Shown here piece after piece: positions 40,329-52,190 of a stretch of 64,000 bases of DNA (the stretch's first letter is position 1; the number at the start of each line of letters is the position of its first letter). The translations under genes were made by a program, and so were the position numbers. The notes under the pieces are model-generated. The model had not been told where the DNA came from and made no database searches. It saw only the letters and a program-made list of their open reading frames with translations. This DNA comes from Felis catus (Eukaryota), in the NCBI RefSeq assembly GCF_018350175.1, contig NC_058368.1, positions 161,450,001 to 161,514,000 on the forward strand, given 5' to 3'.

Positions 40329-40611
40329 TCTAAGTTTCCTTTTCCCACTGATACTTTCTGCTGGTGCTTGGCTTCTTTTTGCTGAATGTGGAAAATCCTT
40401 TATCTTATCTACAAAAGTCATTGATATATCCTCAATTTTCTCTAATTAAACAAGCTTTTTCTGACAATTATTCTTGAAATGTCATTAAAATGATTGTCGT
40501 TGTTTAATTTGATCCTTAATCTTAAAGCAATGTTATTTTCTATAATGAGCTAAGAATATTTTTATGAATTAGCCTTGTAACTTAAAAACTTTCTCCTTTT
40601 TTGTTTGTGCA

Positions 40612-40783
40612 TGTGGGCATGGGCTAAATGGGCAAGGGGCATTAAGGAGGACACTTGTTGTGATGAGCATTGGATGTTATATGTATGTGATGAATCACCA
40701 AATTCTCCTGAAATCATCATTACACTATATGTTAACTAACTTGGATATAAATTAAAAATAAAGTAATTAAAAATCTTAAAAAT
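40612..40783 (+). mobile_element. Carnivore L1 3'UTR tip
   Basis: gggcattaaggaggacacttgttgtgatgagcattggatg...tacactatatgttaactaacttgga. Confidence 0.88.
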
Positions 40784-40870
40784 AAACTTTTCTCTTTCTT
40801 TTTGATTAGCATATGTATGTGGATTGGAAACTTCTTGTAGAGATGTTGTTTTCAAAAGTTTGTGGAAGCT

Positions 40871-41081
40871 GGTGTGCCTGGGTGGGTCAGTCGGTTGGGC
40901 ATCCGACTTCAGCTCAGGTCATGATCTCGTGGTCCGTGAGTTAAAGACCCCCATCAGGCTCCGTGTTGACAGCCTGGATCCTACTTCAGATTCTGTGTCT
41001 CCCTCTCTCTCTTGCCCTCCCCTGTTCATGCTGTCTCTCTCCCTCTCAAAAATAAATAAAAATTACAACAATTGAAAAAAA
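40871..41081 (+). mobile_element. CanSINE
   Basis: gcctgggtgggtcagtcggttgggcatccgacttcagctcaggtcatgatc. Confidence 0.93.
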
Positions 41082-41381
41082 GAGTTTGGGCAAACCCTAT
41101 GATAAAAAAAATTGTTTTCTAAGTGAAACTCCTAAATATAAAAGATATCATCAGCTTTATGTGGAGACATAGTGGAAGGGGAAAAAAAAATAAACCCTCT
41201 AGAGCCCAACCCATCAATTATCAACATTGCTGTTTCTTCTTTATATATCTTATAATTTGGATGTGAAAAGTCTAAAATAATAATGTCCAAACAGTAGAGA
41301 AGTATTTTGGTAACAGAATCAGACCTTAAATGGGTCAGGACCTCAGTGAGTCTCATTAGAGTACAACTCTGGTATCACATT

Positions 41382-41863
41382 TGTGATAATTTTTTATGTG
41401 TTAACTTGACCATGCCAAGTGTTACCCAGAATGAAAATAATTTCTGAGTGTTTCTGTGAGGGTATTTCCAGATGATGTTAGAATTTGAATCAGTAGACCC
41501 AGTACAGTAGATTGCCCTCCCCCAAGTGGATGGCATCATCCAGTCTGTTGAGGGCCAGAATAGAACAAAAAGATGGTGGAAGTAGGAATTTAGCCTTTTT
41601 GCTTCCTGCCTGACTGCTTGTGCTGAGACATCAGTTTTCTCCTGCCCTTGAGCTGGGATTTACACCATTAGCTCCCTTGGTTCTCAGAGGAGTTCAAAAT
41701 TAGAAACTGGAATTATATTGCTCCTTCCTGTTTCCAGCTTGCAGAAGGCAGATTGTGGGGCATCTCAGCCTCCATAATCACATAAGCTAATTCCTCATAA
41801 TAAATGTCTTCAAATAAATATATCCCATTAGTTCTCTTCCTCTGCAGAGCCTTGGCTAATATA
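41382..41863 (+). mobile_element. MLT2B-like ERVL solo LTR
   Basis: TGTGATAATTTTTTATGTGTTAACTTGAC start, gtagattgccctcccc, ends ggctaatata; 5-bp TSD acat(t/c). Confidence 0.9.
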
Positions 41864-41889
41864 ACATCCTAAATCCTTTCTCAACTTTG

Positions 41890-42283
41890 GTCTTCTTTAA
41901 GTTAAAGGGGACACCCATTTTTCTCTCCCACCTACCTGGCAAGAAAATTGTTAGGTACCCAGGTATAGTCCATTAGACAGTACTGTTGAACTTTGAATTT
42001 TGGGGGAATGATTCAAAGGAACAAGCAAGTTTCTGATAACTTTGTAGAGGCTGTGGTAGAGATGAGATTAGCCACAGTTACCCAGCCTTGATGGCAAAAA
42101 TGACAGCCTCCTGGGAAGAAATTTTTGTTCTCTATCAGTTTCTGCCTGAGTCTCTGTGAGTTTCCCAATATTCTTCCTGGGCCACTGGAGCTCCCCAAAC
42201 TCCCTCCAATAGTTTTGTAATGAATTATTTTGTTGCAAGTTAGTCTTGTTTCCAGTGTTACAATAAAAACCTTAACTGAATAA
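41890..42283 (+). mobile_element. Ancient MLT1-like LTR
   Basis: 3' end ttgttgcaagttagtcttgtttccagtgttacaataaaaaccttaactgaata. Confidence 0.45.
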
Positions 42284-42516
42284 TAATTTCTCATAAAATT
42301 CTGAAGTGGGTGGACAGTGCTCAAGAACTCCATTTTAATGATGGCAACTAAAGTCCCAGATTTGTAATGGATATTTTTGGTCTTGATCTCAGAATAAAAT
42401 AATAATTACTCTCTTATTCCTGGAAGAAGAGGTGTAATTTTGAAATTCTATCAGTATTATAGCATTAGAATGTCATTTTGGTAAGACCATAAAAGAAGTA
42501 GACATTAATGGATAAT

Positions 42517-42880
42517 GTTCCATTCAGTCTGCTTCGAACAACTTTTCATGAACACTTACTCAGCTTCAGCACTGGGTTTAAAAATGATAAAGCAAGTATT
42601 ACACTTTTCCTCACAAAGTTTAGAGACCTGAATAGAAGCATACACTATAATAGTCATAATACAACATAAAAAGAGTTGTAATTGAGGTATTGTATAGCTT
42701 TTGGTGAGGGCATAAAGTTCAGGGATAGTGTAAAAGAAAGAAGAGAAATATTTTTTTCTGTCTAAACCCGAGGCAGTGAAGGATGCTGGAAAAAGTGATA
42801 ATAGCCTTAACACGAAGAGTCTAAAGGCAGAAGTAGTAAGATTATGGAACAGAAAAAAAAGGATGAACATGTAAGAGCCT
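42517..42880 (-). mobile_element. L2 3' fragment
   Basis: ttcatgaacacttactc...cagcactg; cctcacaaagtttagag; ataatacaacata. Confidence 0.6.
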
Positions 42881-45339
42881 ACATCTATATTTTTATGACT
42901 TCTGTATGTTATGATCAACCAATTTGTTCAGTATCTATCAAAGGTACATAAAATAGACCCAGATGATGGTGGTCACTGGATAGGATTGGGTATAAAGGAG
43001 ACCCCCCAAAAAATAGAAAGGGCCACCAACATCACACTGAATAGTTTCTCAGTAGTGTCTTAGCTCCCATGATCATTTTTCTACTCACCATGAGCATCAT
43101 TTCTCTAGTGCTGTACTCTTGATTGGATGAGCATTGCTCCTAGTTAGTACATGGAGAAGCAGTTGGGTATAGCTCAGGGGTGACAGCCAGGCTTCCTGCT
43201 GTTTCACCAGGCTAAAGAGAGCCTTTCTTATTTGTTTCTTGGTTGGTTTACTGCAGACAGTACTGACTGCCAAAGACATTGTAGAGATAAAAGTTGAAGC
43301 AGAAGAATATCAGCTGATGAATTTATAAAACTAAGTTTCTTAAAAGTGTGATCACACTCATAATCTCTATCGGGATCTTACTCACCTTTACTTTCATGTC
43401 CAATAATGTTTGTTTTTTAAATAGTTTTTTTCACATTTCAAAATCCTAGGCAACATTTTTGAAAATCTTGGAATCCAAAAGGAGTATTTACAAAAGTATT
43501 ATTATTATTTTGCAATGATGTAGTGAAACCATCTTGCTTGGGACATCACTAATGGAATTTTCAGGGGACTAGCCTGAAGTTGATCTCAGTTGTTTACTTC
43601 ATTTTGGTAGGCAGCAAAAGTTAATATGACTAGAGAGTGAATTCTTAAAGGACATTATAAAGGAACCATTACAAATCTTATATAAATATCTAATTACATA
43701 AAGATAGTAGTAGCTAATTTATTAAAGGCCATGACATGATCTTTCATATCATATTCTGTTATTAAAGTACATGGCTTAAATATTTCTATGATATTTTGTT
43801 AGCTTGGTGTGAATTATGGCATATTCTCTATATGAGCCAATTTGTATTTATTTTAAATTAGTGTATATTTTATTTCTTCCGAACAACCTTAGATAACCTC
43901 ATAGGTGGCATGAATTAATGCTATTTCTTTGTAATTTCTATATTTATTTATTTTCTTATCTGTTCCTCAAACATTTCCTAGAATATGTTCTCCCTATGAA
44001 CCTCAAATCATCTGATTGCTACTGTTGTCACAGTGAAATTAGACTATCTACTAAAGAGACAACCAAAATTTTTTTTAGTTATATATATAAACCAAGCTAC
44101 CAGGGCACGTCTGAATTTTCTCAAATTTTTAGTGATCAGTTGTAGTAGATGTGAAACAGAAAGAGGAGCTTGATTTTTAGAGTGAAGATTGACTTTGGTG
44201 CTGTCAGAACAAAACAAATCTTGTTTTGACTTGTATGTGAGCACATTTGCTATGTAAAACACAGATGGAGAGAAAATAAGAAATAGCAGAATGTCATCTT
44301 GAGAAGTCCTTTTTTGACTAAAATGACATGACAAACCCCTTTAGAGCATAAATGTAAAATTAAAAAAAAATGGATTCTTGGCAGAAGAGAAAATTGAAAT
44401 TTAATTACTCTTACATGTTTCCTTTTTTTTTTTTTTTTTTTTTTTTTTCCTGTTGCCAGTTACACCTGCGGACATAGGTAGTAACTCCAGCCTCCAACTA
44501 AATCACACAAGCACATCACTCCAATATTGGGAATAGTCTGGATATTTCTTTATTGTCTAAACATAGGAGAAGAGGAAATTGAAGATAGGAAGAAATATTC
44601 AGCTAAATATTACAGATGAGTAGTAGTGGATGACATAGGGAGGTTAATTGTTTGATTCAAGTTCTCAGTTAGTCATTCTTCATTCAGAAAATAAAGCCAT
44701 TCTTCCAATTCCCCACGGTTGAGACTTCTGTAGTCCCATAATAATTTCACTCTAAGATTTTACATTTTTCCTTTGTTTTTAGAAAACTACCAAATATTAT
44801 CTTACATCTAGCTTTCTAAATAACTTTTGAGTCTCTATTAAAGTTTGTTCTTTCCTAAGTATACATCTGCCTAACTTCTTAGACACTTGAACATTTTGTA
44901 AACTGCACATAAAAAATATTTTTAGAGATTGCATTATACACAAAATTGTTAAAAATGTTCATACTCTCTTATGAGACTTCAGCACTGTGGTCAGAAAGTT
45001 AATGTTAAAATTCCAAGCTTATAAAATAAACATATATGCAAATAAGGAGATAAGAATAGATTTTAAAAATGTTTCATCTGACTCATAGGAGCTAAGTGAA
45101 CCATGAAATGTGAAAATATGAAACAAATGAAACTGAGGACCAAATTCAACATGCTCTGCAACGAATAAGAGTTTTAGGGTGTTTTTGTATGTGTTGTGTT
45201 TGTTTATATTTTTCATTTCTCTCTAGAATGTATCTTCAGTGATAGATGATGTGACAAAATAACTCTCCTATCTCAATGGTCTAAATCTTGAATAAATTAG
45301 ATGTGGGTAGTTATGAAAATTCCATGTGATGTGCTACTG

Positions 45340-45516
45340 CCCTGCTTCTCTTTGGCCCTTTTCTATGCCTTGACCGTCAGTGTTCAAATCCCTCTTTCCC
45401 ATTAGATGTAAAATTTTTGAGAGTAGGTACTATGTCTTAATCCGTCTTTACATTTCCAGGTACATCTGGCACATGTTGGCTCACAATAGTCAGCAAATTG
45501 TTAAATGATTAAGTGA
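45340..45516 (+). mobile_element. L2 3' end
   Basis: cattagatgtaaaatttttgagagtaggtactatgtctt...aaattgttaaatgattaagtga. Confidence 0.7.
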
Positions 45517-45639
45517 CTTGGAAAAAAAAAGTAACCAGAAGACTTGAATGTTAATAAACCTTTAATAAAAATTACCTAACTTCAGATCTTGTCCTAAAAA
45601 TCTTCTCCATCTACCCTACCACTCCTGTCCTTATTTTGA

Positions 45640-46010
45640 TGAAATGTAAGGTCCACTGTAATAGAAGGGGAGATAATATACATTTTGGCTTTGAAATTAA
45701 AGCAATCAAAAAAATAAGAGTATCTTTGAGGTAGAAATGATATTTCAAAATGGAGCTTTAAAGATGAATAGGATCCTGAAAGTACTTAGATTGGGAAAAA
45801 AAAAAGGCACAAGCAAAAATTTGACATCATAACATTAATGTGTAAAGCAATAGCAGGAGATGTATTTAATTGGAGCCTAGGGTAGGTATATGGGAATACC
45901 TGTGTAAATTTATACAACAGCCTTAAATGCCAGGCAGATGAGTCTCCCTTAATTTGCAGCAAATTCAGTAAATTTTTAAAGGTCGTCTTGTGATATATAC
46001 CAGTTTCTTT
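45640..46010 (-). mobile_element. L2 fragment
   Basis: gagctttaaagatgaatagga; gccttaaatgccaggcagatgagtct. Confidence 0.6.
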
Positions 46011-46153
46011 TTATTTGATTGGATTCAATGTTCAGCCTATATGTAAATATTCTGAATACAGGTAGTTATTTCCTCATTTACTATGGAGCTAACAGTATCT
46101 GATCTTAAGTTTCCGGTGTAAGCATACTTTCCTGCCTTTTTAATCTTCTTTGT

Positions 46154-46652
46154 ATACCCAAAAAACAAATAATCCTGTGAAGAAATGGGCAGAAGACATG
46201 AATAGACACTTTTCCAAAGAAGACATCCAGATGGCGAACAGACACATGAAAAGATACTCAACATCACTCATCGTCAGAGAAATACAAATCAAAACCACAA
46301 TGAGGTTCTACCTCACACCTGTCAGAATGGCTAAAGTGAACAACTCAAGAAACAACAGATGTTGATGAGGATGCGAAGAAAGGGAATCCCTCCTGCAATG
46401 TTAGTGGGAATGTAAACTGGTGCAGCCACTCTGGAAAATAACATGAAGTTTACTCAAAAAATTAAAAATAGAACGATCTTACTACCTAGTAATTGGACTA
46501 TGAGGCATTTGTCTAAAGGATGCAAAAATGCTGATTTGAGGGAAACATGCACCCCAATGTTTATAGCAGTGCTATCAACAGCCAACGTATGGAAAAAGCC
46601 CAAATGTCCATCAACTAATGCATGGATAAAGAAGATGTGATTTTCTATCTGT

Positions 46653-46695
<43 letters not shown>

Positions 46696-47135
46696 CCTGT
46701 CTTTCGATCTATAGATATATAGTGGAATATTACTCAGCGATCAAAAAGAATGAAATCTTGCCATTTGCAGCAACGTGGAGAGAACTAGAGTGTATTATGA
46801 AAAGCGAAATAAGTCAGAGAAAGACAAATATCATATGATTCCACTCATATGTGGAATTTAAAAACCACAACAGATGAACATAGGGAAAGGGAAGGAAAAA
46901 TAAGATAAACCAGAGGGAGGCAAGCCATAAGAGATTCTTAAATACAGAGAACAAACAGGGTTGCTGGAGGGGAGATGGGTGGGTAAATGGGCTGAATTGG
47001 TAGTGGCATTATGGAGGGCACTTGTTGGCATGAGCACTGGGTGTTACATTTAAGTAACGAATCTTTGGATTCTACTACTGAAATGAATATTACACTATAT
47101 GTTAACTAGATTTTAAATAAATAAATTTAAAAACT
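46154..47135 (+). mobile_element. 5'-truncated carnivore L1 3' end with internal (TCTA)n
   Basis: [33 protein letters not shown]; 3'UTR ending tacactatatgttaactagattttaaataaa. Confidence 0.94.
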
Positions 47136-47169
47136 CTTTTTTTTAAAAAAACAGTGTTTATGAATGTAC

Positions 47170-47303
47170 TTTTAAAGTGTATTTATTTATTTTGAGAGAA
47201 AAAGAGAGAGCAGGAGAGGGGCCGATAGGGAGAGAGAATCCCAAGCAGCCTGTGTACACTCAGGGCAGAACCCAACACGGGACTTGATCCTATAAACTGT
47301 AAG
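47170..47303 (-). mobile_element. CanSINE lacking its 5' head
   Basis: atttatttattttgagaga...gagagaatcccaagcagcc...gacttgatcctataaactgtaag. Confidence 0.82.
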
Positions 47304-47454
47304 TTACAGAGATTCGAGCACCCAGTACTGAAATACAGAGTGGTTCAAGTAGCTCTACAGATTCTTAGAATTAGGTGTGATAAGTTCTTTTTAACTTCGT
47401 AGGCTCAGAGAAGCCAAGATCCAACTCAGGATTTGGAATAATCCCTTGGGTCAT

Positions 47455-47526
47455 ATTTTTATTTTATTTTATTTTATTTTATTTTATTTTATTTTATTTT
47501 ATTTTATTTTATTTTATTTATATTTT
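47455..47526. repeat. (ATTTT)n, probably a decayed second poly(A) tail
   Basis: Directly abuts the TSD copy at 47446-47459. Confidence 0.9.
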
Positions 47527-47592
47527 GGAGTGTCAAATCCTTTTTATTATGCATTGCATCTTTCAAAATCATCTTTCTTTACAGTTTCTGGG
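47527..47592 (-). other. 66-bp non-L1 segment, probable L1 3' transduction
   Basis: Lies between two A-rich tails inside the TSD pair; AATAAA (tttatt 47543-47548) is 16 nt from the outer tail. Confidence 0.75.
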
Positions 47593-48686
47593 TTTTTAAA
47601 ATTTATTTATTGTTTAATTTACATCCAAGTTAGTTAGCATGTGGTACAACAATGATTTCAGGAATAGATTCCTTAATGCCCTTACCCATTTAGACCATCC
47701 TGCCTCACACAACCTCTCCAGTAATCCTGTTTGTTCTCTATATTTAAGAGTCTTTTACGTTTTGCCTCCCTTCCTGTTTATATTATTTTTGCTTCCTTTC
47801 CCTTATGTTCATATGTTTTGTATCTTAAAGTCCTCATATGAATGAAGTCATATGATATTTGTCTTTCTCTGACTAATTTTGCTTAGCATAATACCCTCCA
47901 GTTCCATACACATAGTTGCAAATGGCAAGATTTCCTTCTTTTTGATTGCCAAGTAATACTCCATTGTATATATGTACCATCTCTTCTTTATTCATTCATC
48001 CATCGATGGACATTTCGGCTGTTTTTCCATACTTTGGCTATTGTTGATAGAGTTTACATAAATGTTGGGGTGCATGCGCCCCTTCAAAACAGCACCTCTG
48101 TATCCCTTGGATAAATACCTAGTAGTGCATTTGCTGGGTCGTACGGTAGTTCTATTTTTAATTTTTTGAGGACCCTCCATACTGTTTTCCAGAGTGGCTG
48201 CACCAGTTTGCATTGCCACCAGCAGTGCAAAAGAGATCCTCTTTCTCTGCATCCTCGCCAACATCTGTTGTGGCCTGAGTTGTTAATGTTAGCCATTCTG
48301 ACAGGTGTAAGGTGGTATCTCATTGTGGTTTTGATTTGTATTTCCCTGATGATGAGTGATGTTGAGCATTTTTTCATGTGTTGGTTAGCCATCTGGATGT
48401 CTTCTTTGGAGAAGTGTCCATTCATGTCTTCTGCCCATTTCTGCACTGGATTATTTGTTTTTTGGGCATTGAGTTTGATAAGTTCTTTATAGATTTGGAT
48501 GCTCACGCTTTATCTGATAGGTCATTTGCAAATATCTTCTGCCATTCTGTCGGTTGCCTTTTCGTTTTACTGATTGTTTCCTTCACTGTGCAGAAGCTTT
48601 TTATTTTGATGAGGTCCCAGTAGTTCATTTTTGCTGTTGTTTCCCTTGCCTCTGGAGACATGTTGAGTAAGAAGTTACAGTGGTGA

Positions 48687-48888
48687 GGGGCGCCTGGGTG
48701 GCGCAGTCGGTTAAGCGTCCGACTTCAGCCAGGTCACGATCTCGCGGTCCGTGAGTTCGAGCCCCGCGTCTGGCTCTGGGCTGATGGCTTGGAGCCTGGA
48801 GCCTGTTTCAGATTCTGTGTCTCCCTCTCTCTCTGCCCCTCCCCCGTTCATGCTCTGTCTCTCTCTGTCCCCCCCCCCCCAAAAAAAA
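48687..48888 (+). mobile_element. Young SINEC_Fc-type SINE in L1 copy 2 with an abnormal tail (C-run then A10, no aataaataaacgttg)
   Basis: TSD aagtt(a/g)cag(t/c)ggtga at 48672-48686 and 48889-48903; empty site in copy 1 at 33273-33287. Confidence 0.96.
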
Positions 48889-50677
48889 AAGTTGCAGCGG
48901 TGAGGTCAAAGAGATTTTGCCTGCTTTCTCCTCGAGGATTTGGAGTATCCAAATGTCTTACATTGAGGTCTTTCATCCATTTGGAGTTTATTTTTGTGTA
49001 TGGTGTAAGAAAGTGGTCCAGGTTCATTTCTCTGCATGTTGCTGTCCAGTTTTCTCAGCGCCACCTGCTGAAGAGACTGTCTTTATTCCACTAAATATTT
49101 TTTCCTGCTTTGTCAAAGATTAGTTGGCCATATGTCTGTGGATCCATTTCTGGGTTCTCTATTCTGTTCCATTGATCTGAGTTTCTGTTTTCATGCCAGT
49201 ACCATACTGTCTTGATGATTACAGCTTTGTAATACGTCTTGAAGTCCAGGAGTGTGATGCCTGCAGCTTTGGTTTTCTTCTTCAAGATTGCTTTGGCTAT
49301 TCAGGGTCTTTTTTGGTTCCACACAAGTTTTAGGATTGTTTGTTCCAGCTCTGTGAAGAATGCTGGTGTTATTTGGATAGGTATCACATTGAACATGTAG
49401 ATTGCTTTGGGTAGTATCGACATGTTAACAGCATTTGTTCTTCTAATCCATGAGCATGGAATATTCTTCCATTTTTTGTGTGTCTTCTTCAGTTTCTTTC
49501 GTAAGTTTTCTATAGTTTCCAGTATATAGATTTTTTTGTGTCTTTGGTTAGGTTTGTTCGTAGTTATTTTGTGGGTTTTGGTGCAATTGTAAATGGGATT
49601 GATTTCTTGATTTCTCCTTCAGTTGCTTCACTATTGGCGTATAGAAATACAACCGATTTCTGTGCACTGATTTTATATCCTGTGACTTTGCTGAATCCAT
49701 GGGTCAGTTCTAGCAGTTTTTTGGTGGAACCTTGGGTTTTCCATGATAGAGTATCTTGTCATCCACAAAGAGTGAAAGCTTGACTTCCTCCTGGCTGATT
49801 TGGATGTCTATTCCTTTGTGTTGTCTGATTGCTGAGGCTAAGACTTCCAATACTATGTTGAATAACAATGGCGAGAGTGGACATCCCTGTCTTGTTCCTG
49901 AACTTAGGGGGAAAGCGCTCAGTTTTTCCCCATGGAGGATGATATTAGTGATGGGTCTTTCATATGTCGGTGTTATGCTCTTGAGGTATGATCCTTCTAT
50001 CCCTACTTTCTTGGGGGTTTTTATCTAAATAGATGTTGTATTTTGTCAAATGCTCTCTCTGCATCTATTGAGAGGATCATGTGGTTCTTGTCCTTTCTTT
50101 TATTGATGTGATATGTCACATTGATTGTTTTGTGGATATTGAACCAGCCCTGCATCCCAGGTGTAAATCCCACTTGATCACGGTGAATAATTCTTTTATT
50201 GTATTGTTGGATCCAGTTGGCTAGTATCTTGTTGAGGATTTTTGCATCCAGGTCCATCAGGGAAATTGGTCTGTATTTCTCCTTTTTAGTGGGGTCTTTG
50301 TCTGGTTTTGGAATAAAGGTAATGCTGACTTCGTAGAAAAAGTTTGGAAGTTTTCCTTCCATTTCTGTTTTTTGGAACAACTTCAAGAGAATAGGTGTTA
50401 ACTCTTCTTTAAATGTTTGCTAGAATTCCCCTGGAAAGCCATCCGGCCCTGGACTCTTGTTTTTTGAGAGGTTTATGATTACTGATTCAATTTCTTTACT
50501 GATTATGGGTCTGTTCAAATTTTCGATTTCTTCCTGTTTCAGTTTTGGTAGCTTATATGTTTTTAGGAATTTCTCCACTTCTTCCAGATCACCCATTTTA
50601 TTGGCATATAATTGCTCATAATAATCTCTTGTTTGTAGTTCTGCCATGTTGGTTGTGATCTCTCCTCTTTCATTCTT

Positions 50678-50878
50678 TTTTAAAAATTTTTTGACGTTTA
50701 TTTTTTGAGAGAGAGAGAGAGAGAGAACAAAGAGGAGAGGGAGACACAGAATCCCAAGCAGGCTCCAGGCTCTGAGCTGTCAGCATAGAGCCCGACGTGG
50801 GGCTTGAACTCACAAATTGTGAGATCATTAGCTGAACCAAAGTCTGTCACTTAACCTACTGAGCCACCCAGGCGCCCC
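50678..50878 (-). mobile_element. CanSINE in L1 copy 2
   Basis: Perfect 17-bp TSD tctcctctttcattctt at 50661-50677 and 50879-50895; empty site in copy 1 at 35286-35302. Confidence 0.96.
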
Positions 50879-52153
50879 TCTCCTCTTTCATTCTTGATTT
50901 TTTTTATTTGGGTCCTTTTCTTTTTGATCAAACTGGCTAGAGGTTTATCAATATTGTTCATTCTTTCAAAGAACCAGCTCCTGGTTTTACTGATCTGTTC
51001 TAATAGTTTTTTTGCTTGTTTGTTTGTTTGTTTGTTTATATGTTTCGATAGCCTTGATTTCTGGTCTAATCTTTATTATTTCCTGTCATCTGCTGGTTTT
51101 GGGTTTTATTTGCCGTTCTTTTTCCATCTCTTTGAAGTGTAAGGTTAGGTTGTGTATCTTAGACCTTTCTTCCTTTTTTGGGAAGGCCTGGATTCCTATA
51201 TACTTTCTTCTTATGACTGATTGCCTTTGCTGCATCCCAAAGGCTTTGGACTATGGTGTTTTCATTGGCTTTGATGTACTTTTTAATTTTCTCTTTACCT
51301 TCTTAGTTAGTCCATTCATTCTTTAGTAGGATGGTCTTTAGTCTCCCAGTATTTGTTATCTTTCCACATTTTTTCTTGTGGTTGATTTTGAGTTTCATAG
51401 TGTTGTAGTCTGAAAATATGCACAGTATGATCTCTTTTTGTACTTGTTGAGGGCTGATTTGTTTCTCAGTATGTGATCTGTTCTGGAGAATTTTCCATCT
51501 TCACTAGAGAATATTGTGCATTCTGCTGCTTTAGAATAAAAATATTCTGATATATCTGTTAAGTCCATCCGGTCAGTATATCATTCAAAGCCATTTTTCC
51601 CTTGTTGATTTTCTGCTTAGATGATCTGTCCATTGTTGTAAGTGGGGTGTTGAAGTCCCCTACTATTATTGTATTATTGTCAATGAGTTTATGCTTGTGA
51701 TTGATTTATATATTTGGGTGCTATCACATTTGGAGCATAAATGTGTACAATGGTTAGGTCTTCTTGGTGGATAGTCCCCTTAATTTTGATACAGTGCCCT
51801 TCATCTCTTGTTACAGTCTTTATTTTAAAACCTAGATTTTCTTATATAAGTATAGCTGCTCCAGCTTTCTTTTGGAGACCATTAGCATGATAGATGTTTC
51901 CCATCCTCTTATTTTCAATATGAAGTTGTCTTTAGGTCTGAAATAGGTCTCTTGTAAACAGCATGTAGAGGGATCTTGTTTTCTTATCCATTCTGTTATT
52001 CTATGACTTTTCATTGGAGCTTTTAGACCATTGACATTTATAGTGAGTACTGAAAGATAAGAATTTATTGCCATTATGTTTCCTGTAGAGTTGGAGTTTC
52101 TGGTAGAGTCCTCTGGTCCTTTCTAGTCTTTGTTGCTTTTGGTCTTTTGGTAT

Positions 52154-52177
<24 letters not shown>

Positions 52178-52190
<13 letters not shown>

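Larger units (their letters stand above)
48084..52074 (-). pseudogene. Disrupted L1 ORF2, copy 2
   Basis: [68 protein letters not shown]; two SINE insertions. Confidence 0.94.

Noticed and set aside
44423..44483. 18-nt microexon (44460-44477) after a long poly-T
   Set aside because: The donor GTAGTA is weak, the poly-T is probably a simple homopolymer, and there is no gene context.
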